From Octopus sinensis (Eukaryota): a stretch of 64,000 bases of DNA. The stretch's first letter is position 1, and each line of letters opens with the position of its first letter. Positions 26,854 to 40,460 of the stretch are shown piece by piece. Where the stretch lies: NCBI RefSeq assembly GCF_006345805.1, contig NC_042999.1, forward strand, positions 119,784,001 through 119,848,000. The letters are read 5' to 3'. The position numbers and the translations under genes are program-made. The notes beneath the pieces are model-generated. The model did no database searches. It was given only the letters and a program-made list of their open reading frames with translations, and was not told the origin of the DNA.

Positions 26854-28667
26854 TGTGTGTACTGTGTCTATATTATAGCGATCGGTTGAAATATTTCCTC
26901 TTAGATGTGTGCCCAAGTAAATTTAAATGGAAATTCGTAAATGTTTGTGTTCCTTTATTTGTAAATGTAGCTTTGTTGTTGCTTTGGTATCCTGCTACCC
27001 ATTTGATTATTGTTTAAGTAGTATGACTGAATAATATTTAGATGGAACGTAAGAAAATGGTAACATTATTACTTCAAAGTGGTACGGTAATACTTTTGGT
27101 CAGGATATACAGTGTTTTATGCAACATGTGCGCGTATGCAAATATGCTTGTGTATGTTTGTGCAGCAGGTTGGAGAGAGTAAGATGACAGGATTTAAGGT
27201 TACACCCAAACCAATTTATTTTAAATTGCAAATATGTATATGTAACTTTACAAGAATCTTATGTGAAATAACAAGAAAAAAAAATTTGCATTGAAGTTTT
27301 TCAATGTAAAATTCAACAAGCTGTACATAATGCAAAGTGAAAATTTGTAAAGCAAGAAATTTTGAATATGAAGTGATTTCCTTCGTTCTAGCGCACTGGT
27401 GCTAACGAATAGCCTGTAAGTGTGAAGATGTAATTCTATAGCTCAAAGTAATGCGTAAAACCTATGTGGCATTATAGGGTTAGCAAGTTATTCCAGTTAT
27501 AATAATCGTAGTGGGATTTACGTTAGGCTTTATATTAGCGTTTTTATATACGCTTGAGTCGTTGTAGCGTAAATGTCTGGTTTTTGAATTTTTAATATAG
27601 TCGTTAGGAATGGTTGCGTGATGTTGGTGGGGGAGGCCAGGAGCTTAAGCTGGTGAATGTGTCGTAATGGTATTGTTGATATATTGTTGTTATGTTTTGA
27701 GGTGGATGATGTGTTGGGATTGAGGACGATAGGTAAGTAAACGATCCATATTAGCTACGTTAGATTTGTTGTTTGGTTCGGACTGAGCGACGATTGACGA
27801 TTTGTAATTTAAATCGTTATATGTGTGGATAAGGAGGAATGCTCGTTTTCCTTGTTCGGGCTATATTTTCCCGCTTGAAGAAAAGGAAAAGAAATCACAA
27901 AATTCAAAAATAAAAGTATTTTTAAAAATTCATAAAATGTCAACTAGATTATGTCTGGGCAATAACAGTTTACCCAAATTACCGCCCTCAGAATGTTAAT
28001 CTTAACTTTAATTTTAATTTAATTTTCTTAATCGTTCTTTTCTCTTTACATATTCCATATTAGTACATATTTTTGATAAATTTTTCAAAAACTGAAACAT
28101 GTAAAAGGATAATTAAACTCTACACAATTTTAAGAAAGTAGCATTTTCGTTCTTGTTTTTCATATATATATATATCAATGGAAGAATGATTTATCCTTTG
28201 TTTACAGTTAACACGGAAAATTCAATAAACAGTTACCAGGGTAGCAAAATTCACGCAAGTAACAAGGGTGTAGCGACCTATTCAAAGGTAGAAAATCCAG
28301 GTTAATGTGCAGTAATTTCTATAGTATAAGTAAATAAATGGAGTTGACCGCAGGTGTTATTCAAATTCTTTTACTTTTTACATATGTTTCAAAGACAACA
28401 TTGGTTTTATTCCAAAGGAATAAACGGTGTAAAGTGATGTAATCTTCTCATCAGGAAAGAAAGAGAACCTATCTCAACAACAAGACATTATAACAATTTT
28501 GATAACTGCATAAATGATAAACTGAACGCTATTAGTATTTAAAAAAAACCGTTAGTAGATCTGACATCAAAGGCAAACCATAGGAAGAGAAAGTGTAAGC
28601 AAATAATAAGTAGAGAAAAAATAAAGAGGGATATATTGGTTGAAAAAATGCTCAAAAGCTTAGAAGT

Positions 28668-28915
28668 AGATTTCTCTAATGAAGTAAAGTGCAAGGTGAA
28701 CTAAATGTTCGAACTATACAGACTGGTATAAATCACTTATATTGGCTACATTTATGTTTCTGCCAGTGCTTACATTTGTAAGATCGCTTTATAAGTGTGT
28801 TAACAAGGTGATTGTCTTCTCTAAGAATCACCTTTAGCTCATATAAGTGATTTATACCAGTCTGTATAGTTTGAACATTTAGTTCACCTTGCACTTTACT
28901 TCATTAGAGAAATCT
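28668..28915. repeat. Near-perfect 75-bp inverted repeat with 98-bp spacer
   Basis: 28668-28742 equals the reverse complement of 28841-28915 with one mismatch; small internal hairpin aaggtgatt/aatcacctt; no TSD seen. Confidence 0.9.
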
Positions 28916-29779
28916 GCCAGACACGCAGGACAACAGCAGAACTTCAGATAGAAAGCCCAAAGAACAAGACAAGCAGAAGTTAGATCCCAACCATACATAC
29001 ATGGGGAATGGAAAAGAAGTTCCTTCAATTATGACGGTTGATATTACTTCGCCTTTAAAAATGTATTTTCAATCGGTACCACTTCCAAACTTTATTTCAA
29101 ATTCTCATTGACGAATACACAATTCAATCGAGAGAAAATGTACGCCGTCTCAATACATGAAATTGTTGGCATAATGAATGCTAAGCTACTTTGCAAAAGC
29201 GATATTATTCTGAAATACAACGTTAACAATATCAAAACTATAGAAGCTATAATGCGTTACAATATAATAGTTTCAAGTGAAATAAAACTCTTTTCACATT
29301 CACTTAAACCTATATCGTTATTTAATACGCTGAATTTGATAACTGCCATATACACAAGTAAATACTGAAATATACTATCCATAATGAGTACTTATTTTTA
29401 TGGCAGTGCTTCATTGAGCACTGAACTACTATAAATGTAGTGGAAAACATTTATATTACATGAAAATCAGCTTTTCAAGAGAAATCTAATAATGCTTTAG
29501 TAACATTGATGTACCTTCATTGAGAATAACTCTGCATATACACACATATGTTTCTATAAATACAAACACAAACAAATGCCAAATATATTTTGACAAAGCC
29601 CTTTTTTAGAGGTAAGAAAGGCTAAAGGCGTGCCTGGATAAATTCAAGATTTATCAAATCAATTCAATGTAATATTTTAGTTTAGAATTGTAGCCCAGGT
29701 GTATCTTATTGCAATATAGGAATGACTTTGCTATAGAATTACGATGCAAAGGACAATATTTCCCGAATGACAGTTACAG

Positions 29780-30430
29780 ATAGATGGAAGATTTCAATTA
29801 ATTGGATGAAAGATCCGTTTGCCATTGTAATTTCTGATGGAACTATCAGTTTTTACAAAGAGATTAGCTCACCTTAATCTAATTTCTGTTGAAAATTGTA
29901 TGGTACTCGTAATTCGTTGGATAATTATAGGAGATAAAACAAAGAATCTCTTTTTCTGTATTTGCTTTTAAGCGTTCTTTGATCTCAGATATCTCTATTT
30001 GCTGTTTTGTTTCAGTTCAGAAGTATTTGTGTTTTCTTTTTTCTCTGTTGTCATTTCATTTAGGATTCAGAGATCTTTTTCGTTCATTTTCTATCGTTTC
30101 CTGAATATATGTTTTCTATGTAGTTTTCTTGAATGAAATTTGTATGTGAGAAGATCTGCGCGAGTACCCAATATTCCTTGTTAGAACGGTGGCCGCTGCA
30201 GCATATATTTTGTTTCAATATCTAGCGATATTAAATACTTGTTTGTATTCATTAAATCTTTGCTGGCCAGGTTTACATTTTTATTGTGTTTACTATCTTA
30301 TCATTCACCAATATGCTTTGTAAGTGCTTTCGTAGCTCCGTAAGATCTATTGTTTAAAATTCTTTAATTATTTCCGCATTTAAATTGTCTTGTTTATGAT
30401 ATTCAACTTTAGGATTTTCTATTCTTAAAT
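29780..30430 (-). mobile_element. Probable old Dong/R4-type LINE pre-RT remnant abutting (TTA)n
   Basis: Minus-strand NKIYAAAATVLT resembles the IYAAA.V motif upstream of R4-type RTs; adjoins the 30440-30610 (TTA)n tract. Confidence 0.4.
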
Positions 30431-30495
30431 CTTCTTCAGTTAATATTTCCTATTATTATTATTATTATTGTTGTTGTTGTTGTTGTTGTTATCAC

Positions 30496-30609
<114 letters not shown>

Positions 30610-31298
30610 CGTTGAGGAAATGAAAGGAGTCTTTTGCAAAGCACCTGTTAAAAAAGGAGTTTTAAGGGAATTCTCGATTGGAAAATTTTTTAGCGCATGT
30701 TCTTTCCCCTTTAGAATGTTAACAAAAACCTTTTGAATTAATTAATGCATGCCTCATATGCAGTTCATGAAATGCTGTTTTGTTTTCTTTAAAAGCGATT
30801 TTTGGAAAGTTCCCATTTGCATTGTTGTTTATACTTAAAGGCACATTAATATTTGCAGAAGATACTCATCACAAAAAGTTGTAGTAGCCTCAATAGTGAA
30901 ACATTTAACTTTTCCTAATTTAAAAACAAAAGATGAATAAAAACGCTTTAAAACACCTTTGACAAATATGACAGCAAAACAAACCAAACGGAATGAAGTA
31001 CAATTATAGCTGCATATTAAAAAGGAAAAAAGTGTTGAAAACTTTAATTTAAATAATAAAATGAGTAGAAACGGTAACTAAATCGTCACCATCAAAAGGG
31101 ACGACTACAAAAGCATTTTTGCCACTATTATCAGGATAGGAATGTACTGGGTATGATCAATCTGCGGATGGAAAAAAAAACATAGACAAGATATGTTGCA
31201 AGTATGAATGCTTAGTTGCTCGACATAGAAAGAGAAATCAGGAGCCACGATCAATGCGTAAAGCACATGTACTTTGAATTGGGACTAGGCAAGTAGAA

Positions 31299-31392
31299 TA
31301 TTTACATTATTTACATTTGACGGGCCTATGGAGTAGTGGTTAAGAGCACGGGCTACTAACCCCAAGATTCCGACTTCGATTCCAAGCAGTGA

Positions 31393-31473
<81 letters not shown>

Positions 31474-31650
31474 CAACAACATCGAAAAATACCTTAGGAA
31501 TGAGAACCCTGGTTCGAAATTTCCCCATGACACCTGATGAAAGCTGGAAGGTATATCAGCCGAAACGTTGTGTTAACAACACGCAAGACGAGGAAAATAT
31601 CCGTCAAATATAAATAAGATAAATAATGTACATAATTCCTCATCTCTTAA
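31299..31650 (+). mobile_element. Composite SINE-like element: tRNA-like head + (AAT)n(AAC)n + hammerhead + inverted terminal repeat
   Basis: A box TGGAGTAGTGG 31329-31339; B box GACTTCGATTCC 31372-31383; microsatellite ~31397-31480; HHR 31529-31573; 31299-31323 is an imperfect inverted copy of 31601-~31630. Confidence 0.75.
31529..31573 (+). ncRNA. Minimal type-I hammerhead ribozyme motif
   Basis: GACAC-CTGATGA-aAGCTG-gaaggtatat-CAGCC-GAAAC-GTT-GTGTT: helix I GACAC/GTGTT, CUGAUGA and GAAA core, GCTG/CAGC helix II with an A.C mismatch at its base, palindromic ACGT helix III, GUU triplet. Confidence 0.8.
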
Positions 31651-32859
31651 AAATAGCACTGAAGTAGAATAATGTCTGATAGTTAAAACTGTGGATAAGA
31701 TGAGAAGGGAGGCAGGACAAGAAAGCTATATATAGGCCCAGAAGCCTGTGTCGCAGTATATGGGCAAGAAAACATGACGAACATGTCCAGGGGCATTGAT
31801 GCTGATGTAAACACTTGTCACCTTATCTCCACTATGCGGGTCAGAGATGAACACAGAATTCACTAACAACAATATGAAATATCTAATGAGATCAGTGCAT
31901 GAGTTTTCGGGTAATAATATCTGTCAAAGACAACTAGAGTATTTCGGAAGTGGACCGAAGTATAATCAAAATGGTGGATGCCAGAAAGCCATTTTACTAT
32001 ACGAAGAACGAATAATCGCGCAAAAACACTTCAGGGTATTATTTCTAGAAAGGTAAAAGTAAAGACGGGGAGAATAGTGATAGGACAGACATTAGAGACG
32101 ACATCTAATTCTCTGAAGTGTGATTGGCGGAAAGATAACGGCCTCTGTTGCCATCGCAACATCGTTACTTTATCGTCAGTATGATGTACACCAGGAACCG
32201 ACACAGTAGAGTACCGAAATCCTAAAAGTCCACTCCCAGTGTAGAATCGGCCATAGGCACGGAACAGCAATTCCAGCTAAATGAAATGGAAACTGTCAGA
32301 GAGAAGAGAAAAACAAAATTATGAGCTAAAAACAAAGAGACTGGAAATCGTCCATGAAAAGTTGTATTCCCGGAATGATAAAACAAACCTAACGGAATTG
32401 ACGAAACGGCTAAGAGCAGAAATACGGTATTACTTGGGGAACATATGGTGACGGAATCGCCAACCCCACAAAATTGAAATAATTACTATCAAAACAGATA
32501 CAGCCAACAGTACAAATGCCAGCAAATATCATACATAAAAAGCAAAAACAATAGTAGGAAATAAATATAAACTTCCCTGTCATGAAGACGAACAGAAAGG
32601 CACTGATAGAACACATACATTAATATACAGACATCTCTCAGAGTGATTTCATCACACCAATACACATAAAACTCATTAAAACAACATAAAATACACACAA
32701 CGTCATATAAAACAAATACCCTGATAGAAAAGGGGACTTCAAAAAGTACATCAGCAAAAGACTTTATAAGGAACTTCTTTTGGGAACACCCATATTTAAC
32801 TAACGTGGACTGTGCATCTATCCCTCTTCCCACCAAATTGCCTCCCCCCAGAATAGGTT

Positions 32860-35590
32860 GTATAAATGCATGTAAATGGGGTCGTCTTGGAAGTAGGTGG
32901 CTCCAGACCACATAACATACATGTGATGGCCTCAGTGAGACAAAAGTTTTAGATTAATCATCGTTCGTACCCACTTTTGGTAGGCACGAGATCTACTTAT
33001 TTCCAAAGTGACCGGCATTGGGAGATGGTATCGCTTTCTTATTTCGGAAAGGTTTCAAAATACGGATCCAGAGGTTAATTTTGTCGTCATGGATATGAGC
33101 AGTAGCGAAGCGTGTACTTTCAGACTAGTAGCTGTTTATGTTTCGACAGGGCCGGGAGAGCCGAATTTCTTTAGACGTCTGAAGATTCTCCTGAAAACGT
33201 CGTCCTCTATAGGGCTATCCACCCAATGGAAAACTATCTTGGATGCACTTTTGGATTGTGATGAGCTAGCCGATAAAAGAAGGTGAATATAAAAGACTTA
33301 CAAAGCAGCTCAGATGTTTCCAACTGTTTGGAAGATACCGACTAGATTTTGCGAATGTGCCAAATTAAAGCATAGGAAACCGCACTGGATCATCCATGCC
33401 GTATCTAGACAGACTAACATTTAGACCAGTAGATTATCCACAATTTAAAGTCATCGGTTACAGAGGCCACTGATTTATGATCAGCTACGTCAGCCTAAAT
33501 AGGTTGCATAGACTGGGACCAGATTACCGGAATTTGAACGGGTTTCTTGTGGCACGCCAAGTTTACAAGGACTGGGTAGTGAAATAGTTAAGCGGTATTA
33601 GCAGCAGCAACAAATGGTGGCACGCCCTAAAAAATGCAATTAAAGTAGAATCATTTAAGTTTAGTTAGAAAATACCTACAAAATAGAATAGAAGTAGAGT
33701 TTACTAGAAACTTAGAAAAGGTTTTCAAAAAAGGCATCGCAACCGGCGTGCTAATGGCGAGATTAGTCCTTGACTGATTTTTCAGATGTATGCATGGAAG
33801 CTGCGGCGTTATAGCTAAGGTGCACGTTCTAAGTCTCGAGAGAACGAAAGCTCTCCTATTGGCCTGAGTGGTAGAAGTACCATATGTCAACATATCCCCA
33901 AATTAATCTTTGACAGACCATGATGGGAGCCTGGTAGTCTTTTCTGCAGCATTTCGACCAGCTGTTCAGGACGAGTGACGGACTGGATCTCAAAATAGAC
34001 GTCAACATCTACCTCGAAGGCCTCAGGAAGGTAAGCGTACAGCTGTAAAAAGTCATATAACAGCTGCAGAAGTTTGAACAGAAGTGGTCAGTCGTACGGT
34101 GAAAAAATATCCTCCTGATGTCGATTGTTTGCCATACAAGCTATAATTTTGCATGTCAGACTTGTTTGGAGACCTTTTAACCAAAGTCTACTGCAACTGG
34201 CAGCAGAACAGAAGAAACTCTAGTCCAGTAAGTCGAGTAACAGTGATAAAGGCTTTAAAAAAGGAGGATCATTTAGACAAATTTAGTCTCGTAAATATTC
34301 TGAAGGAAGCTTTCAAGGATTTGGTTAAGGTTCTTGCAAAATGTTAGCATTAGTCGATGGTCTGATTAGTGAGGGTGGGTAAGAAATCTGGTATTGGCAG
34401 GGCACTAATAAATGTAGAGCAAACGAAATTCTTTCGTTGATTCGACCACGAATACTTGGCAGCTGTCGGACTCTGTGTTATATTTTACAGTTGAATCACC
34501 ACAATGCACAGAAACAACTGCACAATACATTGAGTGTGTGTTCATCAATCAAAACTATCCTGTATCATATGCACAGCCCGTCGGGTTTATCTCTTCTTGT
34601 CTTTTCTGTATTTACCAATTCTAAAACCAAAACTGGGGAAACTAGAAAACTGGAAGGACATTCGCGTGAAATAGGAAGTGGAAGAACAGTGCCAACATAC
34701 GCAGACGACGTTACATACAATAGTATGAGAAACTAGGAGATGCTGACAAGAGCAGAACTCAACAACGGAAAAACAGTGGGCTTGTTCGGCTCCTACAGAG
34801 GTATGCCCATGCCGTCGAATAGCATTGTAGGATGATGGATGGACGAACCGCTAAAATTGCTTGAGGTTTGGTTTGGTCGAGATCTCATGGTGGAGAAGAA
34901 CGAGGACGAGGTAGCGAGAAGGGTAATCAATCTCACCCAATGGGACGAGGGAAGGCTATCCCTAAAAGTTCGGGCAGATATGATGAATGCTTACATGGCC
35001 TCCGTAATATATTACCGCCTGATTTACCCCACTTCATATCTGACAGGACTGGAGCACATGTTCTTCTATTTTCTGTGGGAAGAACGCATTCCACTAGTCA
35101 GATGCTCATTTTACTGCGATCAGTAGTTGAATGAAAATTAAGCAAGCTGTGGCTGATGATATGCAGACATGCTGTGACATCTGCAGCATGTGTTTGGCAG
35201 AGTAGCAGTCCTGGATCAAGGGTAAATTGAGGATTGTCAAATGGTCTGTTTCAGAGGTCTCTCGTGCTGAGAATCATTGATGACTTCCAAAAATCTTTAG
35301 TTTAACAGTACTATTGGGGTGGAGGGCGGAGATAGACATCACAGGCACAAAAGTGCTGACGGCTGGACGATGCCTTGAAATGCGCATGGAACGAGGAATA
35401 CGTTCGGCATGCATTCGTAGACTGAAAGAAGACAACAAAGAGAAGGCATTTGTATTAGTGGACATTGTGGCCGTGCTTTTGTGATGTTTCCATGAGTAGG
35501 CCTCGGTGTCTTCCTCAACTGGGGAATTATGCATTGTTGAAATTATAATTACTCGCACCTCTCTGTAATCATACACTGTGTCTTTCTGAA
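32860..35590 (+). mobile_element. Highly degenerate Tx1/L1-clade LINE ORF2 (possible ORF1 remnant at ~31700-32320)
   Basis: FRLVAVYVS..FFRRLKILL (APE), YLDRL, GPDYRNLN, PDVDCLPYKL, DLLTKVYCNW, YADDVT, WMDEPLKLLEVWFGRDLMVEKN, LSLKVRADMMNAYMASVIYYRL. Confidence 0.8.
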
Positions 35591-35634
35591 ACGTTAGGTG
35601 TTTTTGTTTTGCGGAGTCTTATTTTTTGATAAAG

Positions 35635-35636
35635 AA

Positions 35637-35686
<50 letters not shown>

Positions 35687-35765
35687 TATCATCCTCATCC
35701 TCCCCTTCTCCTCCTCCTCCTCCTCATCATCATCATAATCATCATCATCATTATTATTATTATCA

Positions 35766-35812
<47 letters not shown>

Positions 35813-35817
35813 TATTA

Positions 35818-35896
<79 letters not shown>
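35635..35896. repeat. Compound (ATC)n/(ATT)n microsatellite
   Basis: Directly visible. Confidence 0.95.
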
Positions 35897-36390
35897 GGCA
35901 TTGAGCTGGCAGAATCGTTAGCACGCCCGGGAAAGTGCTAAAAAGCATTTCGCCCGTCTTTACGTTCTGGGTTCAAAATCTGGGTCGACTTTGTCTTTCA
36001 TCTTTTCGAAGTCGATAAACGAAGTATCAGAGAAACATTATGGTCGATGTAATAAGTACTAGTTAAGCACTAGAGTAGTTGTAATCGACTAAGCCCTTCC
36101 CACTGGAGTAGATGTAAAGGACGTAGCCCCTCCCCTGAAACTGCTCGCCTTGTGCCAAAATTTGAAATCATTATTAAAGCAGTCAATAAACAGATTCGTT
36201 AGTACGGTGAACAAAATCCTTAGCAGCATTTCGTAAGTCTTTACTTTTTGAGTTCAAATTCCATAAAGGTCGGCTTTGCCTTTCATTCTTTCAGGGTGGA
36301 TGAAATAATACCATTTGCGTATTGGGGTCTATGTAATAGACAAACCTTGTCCTCCAGAACTGAAGGTCTTGTACTTATTGTGAAAAGAAT
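35897..36390 (+). mobile_element. Two SINE family B copies in tandem (~35897-36175 and ~36190-36390)
   Basis: gagctggcagaatcgttagcacgcc head, gggttcaaaat / gagttcaaattcc B boxes, and the gtcg(a/g)ctttg(t/c)ctttcat domain. Confidence 0.8.
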
Positions 36391-37070
36391 CATAACCATC
36401 ATTATCATCAACATCATCATCATCATCATCATCATTATCATCATCATCATCAAAACTTAGAAAGCTTGATGGGTGGTAGGAAAATATGAGGTGACTCATA
36501 TCTGCATCTCTTTTTGTTCTGAATCCAATTATTGTTATGGTTGACTTTGATATTCAAATTTCCAGAGTCAATAAAACAACTATCTTTGATGTAAAGGGTC
36601 AATTTTATTGACTGCGATTTCCTCCCTAATTCTGTAACTCAATACAATCTTTTTCTTTTCTGTTTTGCTTTTGTTTTTATAGAAATCATTATCATAACTT
36701 TTAGGCTAGAAATAAAAGAAACCTGGAAAGTTTAGATAGCTGGAAATCTTATTTCTTTCTTTGTTTGTTTTTTTATGTAAACCCATGATATCACTTATTC
36801 GTACAGCACAATTCCTTTATATATCACTTCTCTGCATTTTCTAAAAGATTTCTGTGTTTCTAATTCCTTTCATTTTGACTAACAAAAAATATTCCTTTTA
36901 ACAATATAATCAGTTGTATGTGTTGGAGATTATATCGTTTGAATATATTAAAATGGCTTTAAGAGATGTTCGTATATCTTCCTTTTCTCGTCTAGCTTTA
37001 TCTTGAGCATGATCCTCGATGTCATTTTTTACTTTCATCAACACCATAATGATAATAACCATTATCTCTT

Positions 37071-37187
37071 CCTTCTTCTTCTTCTTCTTCTTCTTCTTCT
37101 TCTTCTTCTTCTTCTTCTTCTTCTTCTTCTTCTTCTTCTTCTTCTTCTTCTTCTTCTTCTTCTTCTTCTTCTTCTTCTTCTTCTTCT
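37071..37187. repeat. (TTC)n polypyrimidine microsatellite
   Basis: Directly visible long pure array. Confidence 0.95.
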
Positions 37188-37262
37188 CATTTTTGTTTCT
37201 CTTGTTTTATACGCGTCTGTATGAACATCCTAAAATCCTAATGCCTTTACATTTCCTTATAA

Positions 37263-37336
<74 letters not shown>

Positions 37337-38479
37337 ATATATATATACATATACATACATATGTATATACATATATATATGTTTATATGCTCTCTTTCTA
37401 CTTTTTTCATCACAATATCAATTTCGTCTCATATTTCGAAATAAAGAAAGCTTTCTATCCTATTACGTCTATAGATATATTCTCAATTCCTTGTAATCTG
37501 TCAACCAACTACTAAGTAGCTTAAGCTGCTGTTTAATGTTCGATTTTAGCTATGTTTTATTGAGTTGAAACTGGGCGTGTAGGTGCAATTAAAAGAATAT
37601 CCTGCATCTTGTTAAGACGTGAATTTTTAAAGTCAGATAATATTTTACTAATCCTTACAATAGATTTTGTTTATTTGCTTGAGAATATTGTTGAACGAAA
37701 TTTCAATACTTATATATCATTTACATTACAATTTAGCATACTTTTTTGTTTCCAAGTACAATTTTAGAATCTCATGTGTATGTTTCCATATATAGATACT
37801 TTGTGTTTTTTTTATGTTTATGTATGTGAATTTAATATGTTTATTTTTGCAAAATAAGTTTTAGCTACTTTTTGGTTTGAAACTATCTTTTACTTTTTAA
37901 TGAGTTTTGCTATTAATTGTACAAAACGTTTTTGATTTCTTTTTGTAGAGTAAAACTTTATCTGAAGAATTTATAGAGAAATGCTTCTACTTCTAATTCA
38001 GTTGAGTAAAATTTATATATTTAAGATATATTTACAAATTAGATATTTTATATGATATCACTGGAATGATTTTTTTTTAATTTAGATTCTGGGTCTATTT
38101 TTGAAACTCTCGCAACTTTGAATTATTTAATTGATATTGAATACTAAAGAAGTACTAACAATTTTCTTTATTTTATTTCGAATTCTTTTTTTCTGTTTGA
38201 CATGTATATTATAACAATGTAGTCGTAGAGGTTGCCAGCACCCAGTGTTTCTATTAAGCATATATCATGTTGTACATTGTTGTTTTGTAGCACCAGGTAA
38301 GAATTAATAGTGATCCTTTATGATCAGTCGGTTTTATTTTTTAGACAAATAGTGTCTATTAATATTTCACTTATTCTGTAGTAGAATGGGATTTCATGAA
38401 GATTCGCTTGCTTTGTTTAGAATTTTCAACAACAGAGTAAAAATTATCTCTTTGGTAATTTTGATAACGGTTTCAAATT

Positions 38480-38680
38480 CTAGCACTAAGCCAGCAATTT
38501 GGGGATTTTGGTTAAATCGATCACATCGATCCTAGTGATCAACTGGTACTTAATTTTTCGACCCCGAAAGGATGAAAGGCAAAGTCGACCTCGGTGGAAT
38601 TTGAACTCAGAACGTAAAAACGGATGAAATGCCGCTAGGCCTTTCACCTGACATGCTAACGATTCTGCCAGCTCGCTGCC
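38480..38680 (-). mobile_element. SINE family B (second, more decayed copy ~38720-38880)
   Basis: Reverse complement of 26470-26630: cgaccccgaaaggatgaaaggcaaagtcgacctcggtggaatttgaactcagaacg...ctaacgattctgccagctcgctgcc. Confidence 0.85.
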
Positions 38681-38959
38681 TTAATGCTCATTTTAATAAT
38701 AGTATTTGTTTCTAATTTAGGTAAGAGGCCAGCAATTTTGAGGGAGGGGTAAGGTGATTAATGGAACCTGGTACTTTTGCTGTACTATATATTTATCGGG
38801 CTCAAGGGGAGAGAAAGCATGGGTAAGCTCGGTGAGAGTTGAACTCAGAACGACCTGAGGTAATACCGAAAGACATTTCATTCCAAACTTCTAAGGAGTA
38901 AATTTGAGGCGCTGTCCCAATACGGTCGGAATCTAGTGACTGAAGTACACAAAAAACTA

Positions 38960-40460
38960 TTGCTTAACTAAAACCTTTTTCAAAAGTGCCTTAGGTATCT
39001 GCTTGCTTAACGCTGTAGGGAGATACCTAGGAGAAATTTTACTGTTGTTTCTTGTTGGTCAAATGAACACAGAAAGACCTCTTTATAATAAAATATCCTA
39101 TCCAGTTTCTGCTATGTTTGCTTCTGTCAGTCTCAATATCTCTGATGTGATGTTTATCATTGATTATTGTTGTATATGATATATTTGGTTTCAATACTTT
39201 CATTATTTTGATTTATGATCTTTTTTCACTCACGTCTCTTTCTACAAAATTCAAATTTTTTTTCCCGAATAGAATTGTTTCTTTAGTGGTTTTATTATTT
39301 AAATCTCTTTAATATCTTTTTTTCCTAAACAGTTTTATTTTCCTACAATTTCATTATCATTATTTTTTTTCAGCTCTCTTTTTACTCTGATTTTACTGAG
39401 TAATATCTTATTTCGTTCTTTAACCCCGATGTCCATCTTTGACTGCAGTATTTGTACCGTAGTAGAGGCCACGTATTGTTCTGACTTTTATACCGTTGTT
39501 AGTCTGTATATAATTTTTTTAACTTTATTATTTTGTTTTTATTGAGGTTTTATTGTTTTCATTGCAATCGCTTTCAGGAATCGCTCTGGTAAATTAATTG
39601 ATTATTAACAGCTATTTTTATGTCACTTTTAATCTTTGTGTTAATTCCGGTGTGTATCAATAACTACCTTTTTTAATGCTATAATTTTGATATCTTATTA
39701 CATCTAGGTTGTGTCCTATTTTGAACTTGCATAAACGTTATTTCTTTAAGTTTCAAACACATTGTTTCTATAATTTCTCTGACTACTGTTATTCTGTATT
39801 TTTCTTTTTCGTACTGGATGTTTTTCATGATATTAATTGATATCACTGGTGTTGTTACTATAGCACTAGTTCTAAAATGACTATTATTGTGGTCACATTA
39901 CATTCTATTGATATATGGTCTGTAATAGAGTTTTATCGCTTTCTTATTCCCCTAGAATTTTTCATTTTATGTTTCCGTGCTTAGCTATCGTTATTCGATT
40001 AATTTTTATTCGATATCCATTATTACGTTCGAAAAATTTATGTTGTCCATCTTTTGTCTTACATTAGACTCTTTTATTGCCGTATGCATATAATTATGCA
40101 TATGTTGTTGTTTTTCAAGAGATTATCATTAATATATGCTTTGATAGTTTTTAACGGATTGTGCATTTTTGTTAAATGCGCTTGCTGATGTTGCTTTCTA
40201 ACTAAATAGACAACACAAGTTTGTTTTCCATTTTTATCTTCACAGTTAAGTCGCTTCTCCGAAATATTTGCTGATATTTGAAAGAGATTACGTAGTTCAA
40301 ATCGCTGTAGTATTAAGCATACACATTTTCCTTTCCATGTTGCTGAAGTAATTTGGTGACGAATTCAATTGCCTATAATTTTTCCCTACAATTACTATAT
40401 TGTAATGTTTTAAAAATAGTTCTTTTTAGAATTTAAAATAAAAGTTCAAAATTTTCCCTT
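38960..40460 (-). mobile_element. Possible very old Dong/R4- or RTE-type LINE remnant
   Basis: T-rich strand skew and weak motif-like translations (INVYAS, ETG*, PRYLPT); not confidently alignable by eye. Confidence 0.3.

Noticed and set aside
27440-27890. GT-skewed segment resembling PLE 5' regions
   Set aside because: Composition only; no alignable motif or HHR.
31322-31395. True tRNA gene
   Set aside because: A and B boxes and an anticodon-like arm are present, but the acceptor and T stems do not pair; treated as a SINE head.
33174-33204. Hammerhead-like GACGT-CTGAAGA...GAAA-ACGTC
   Set aside because: No helix II pairing and no helix III; it lies within Tx1 endonuclease coding sequence.
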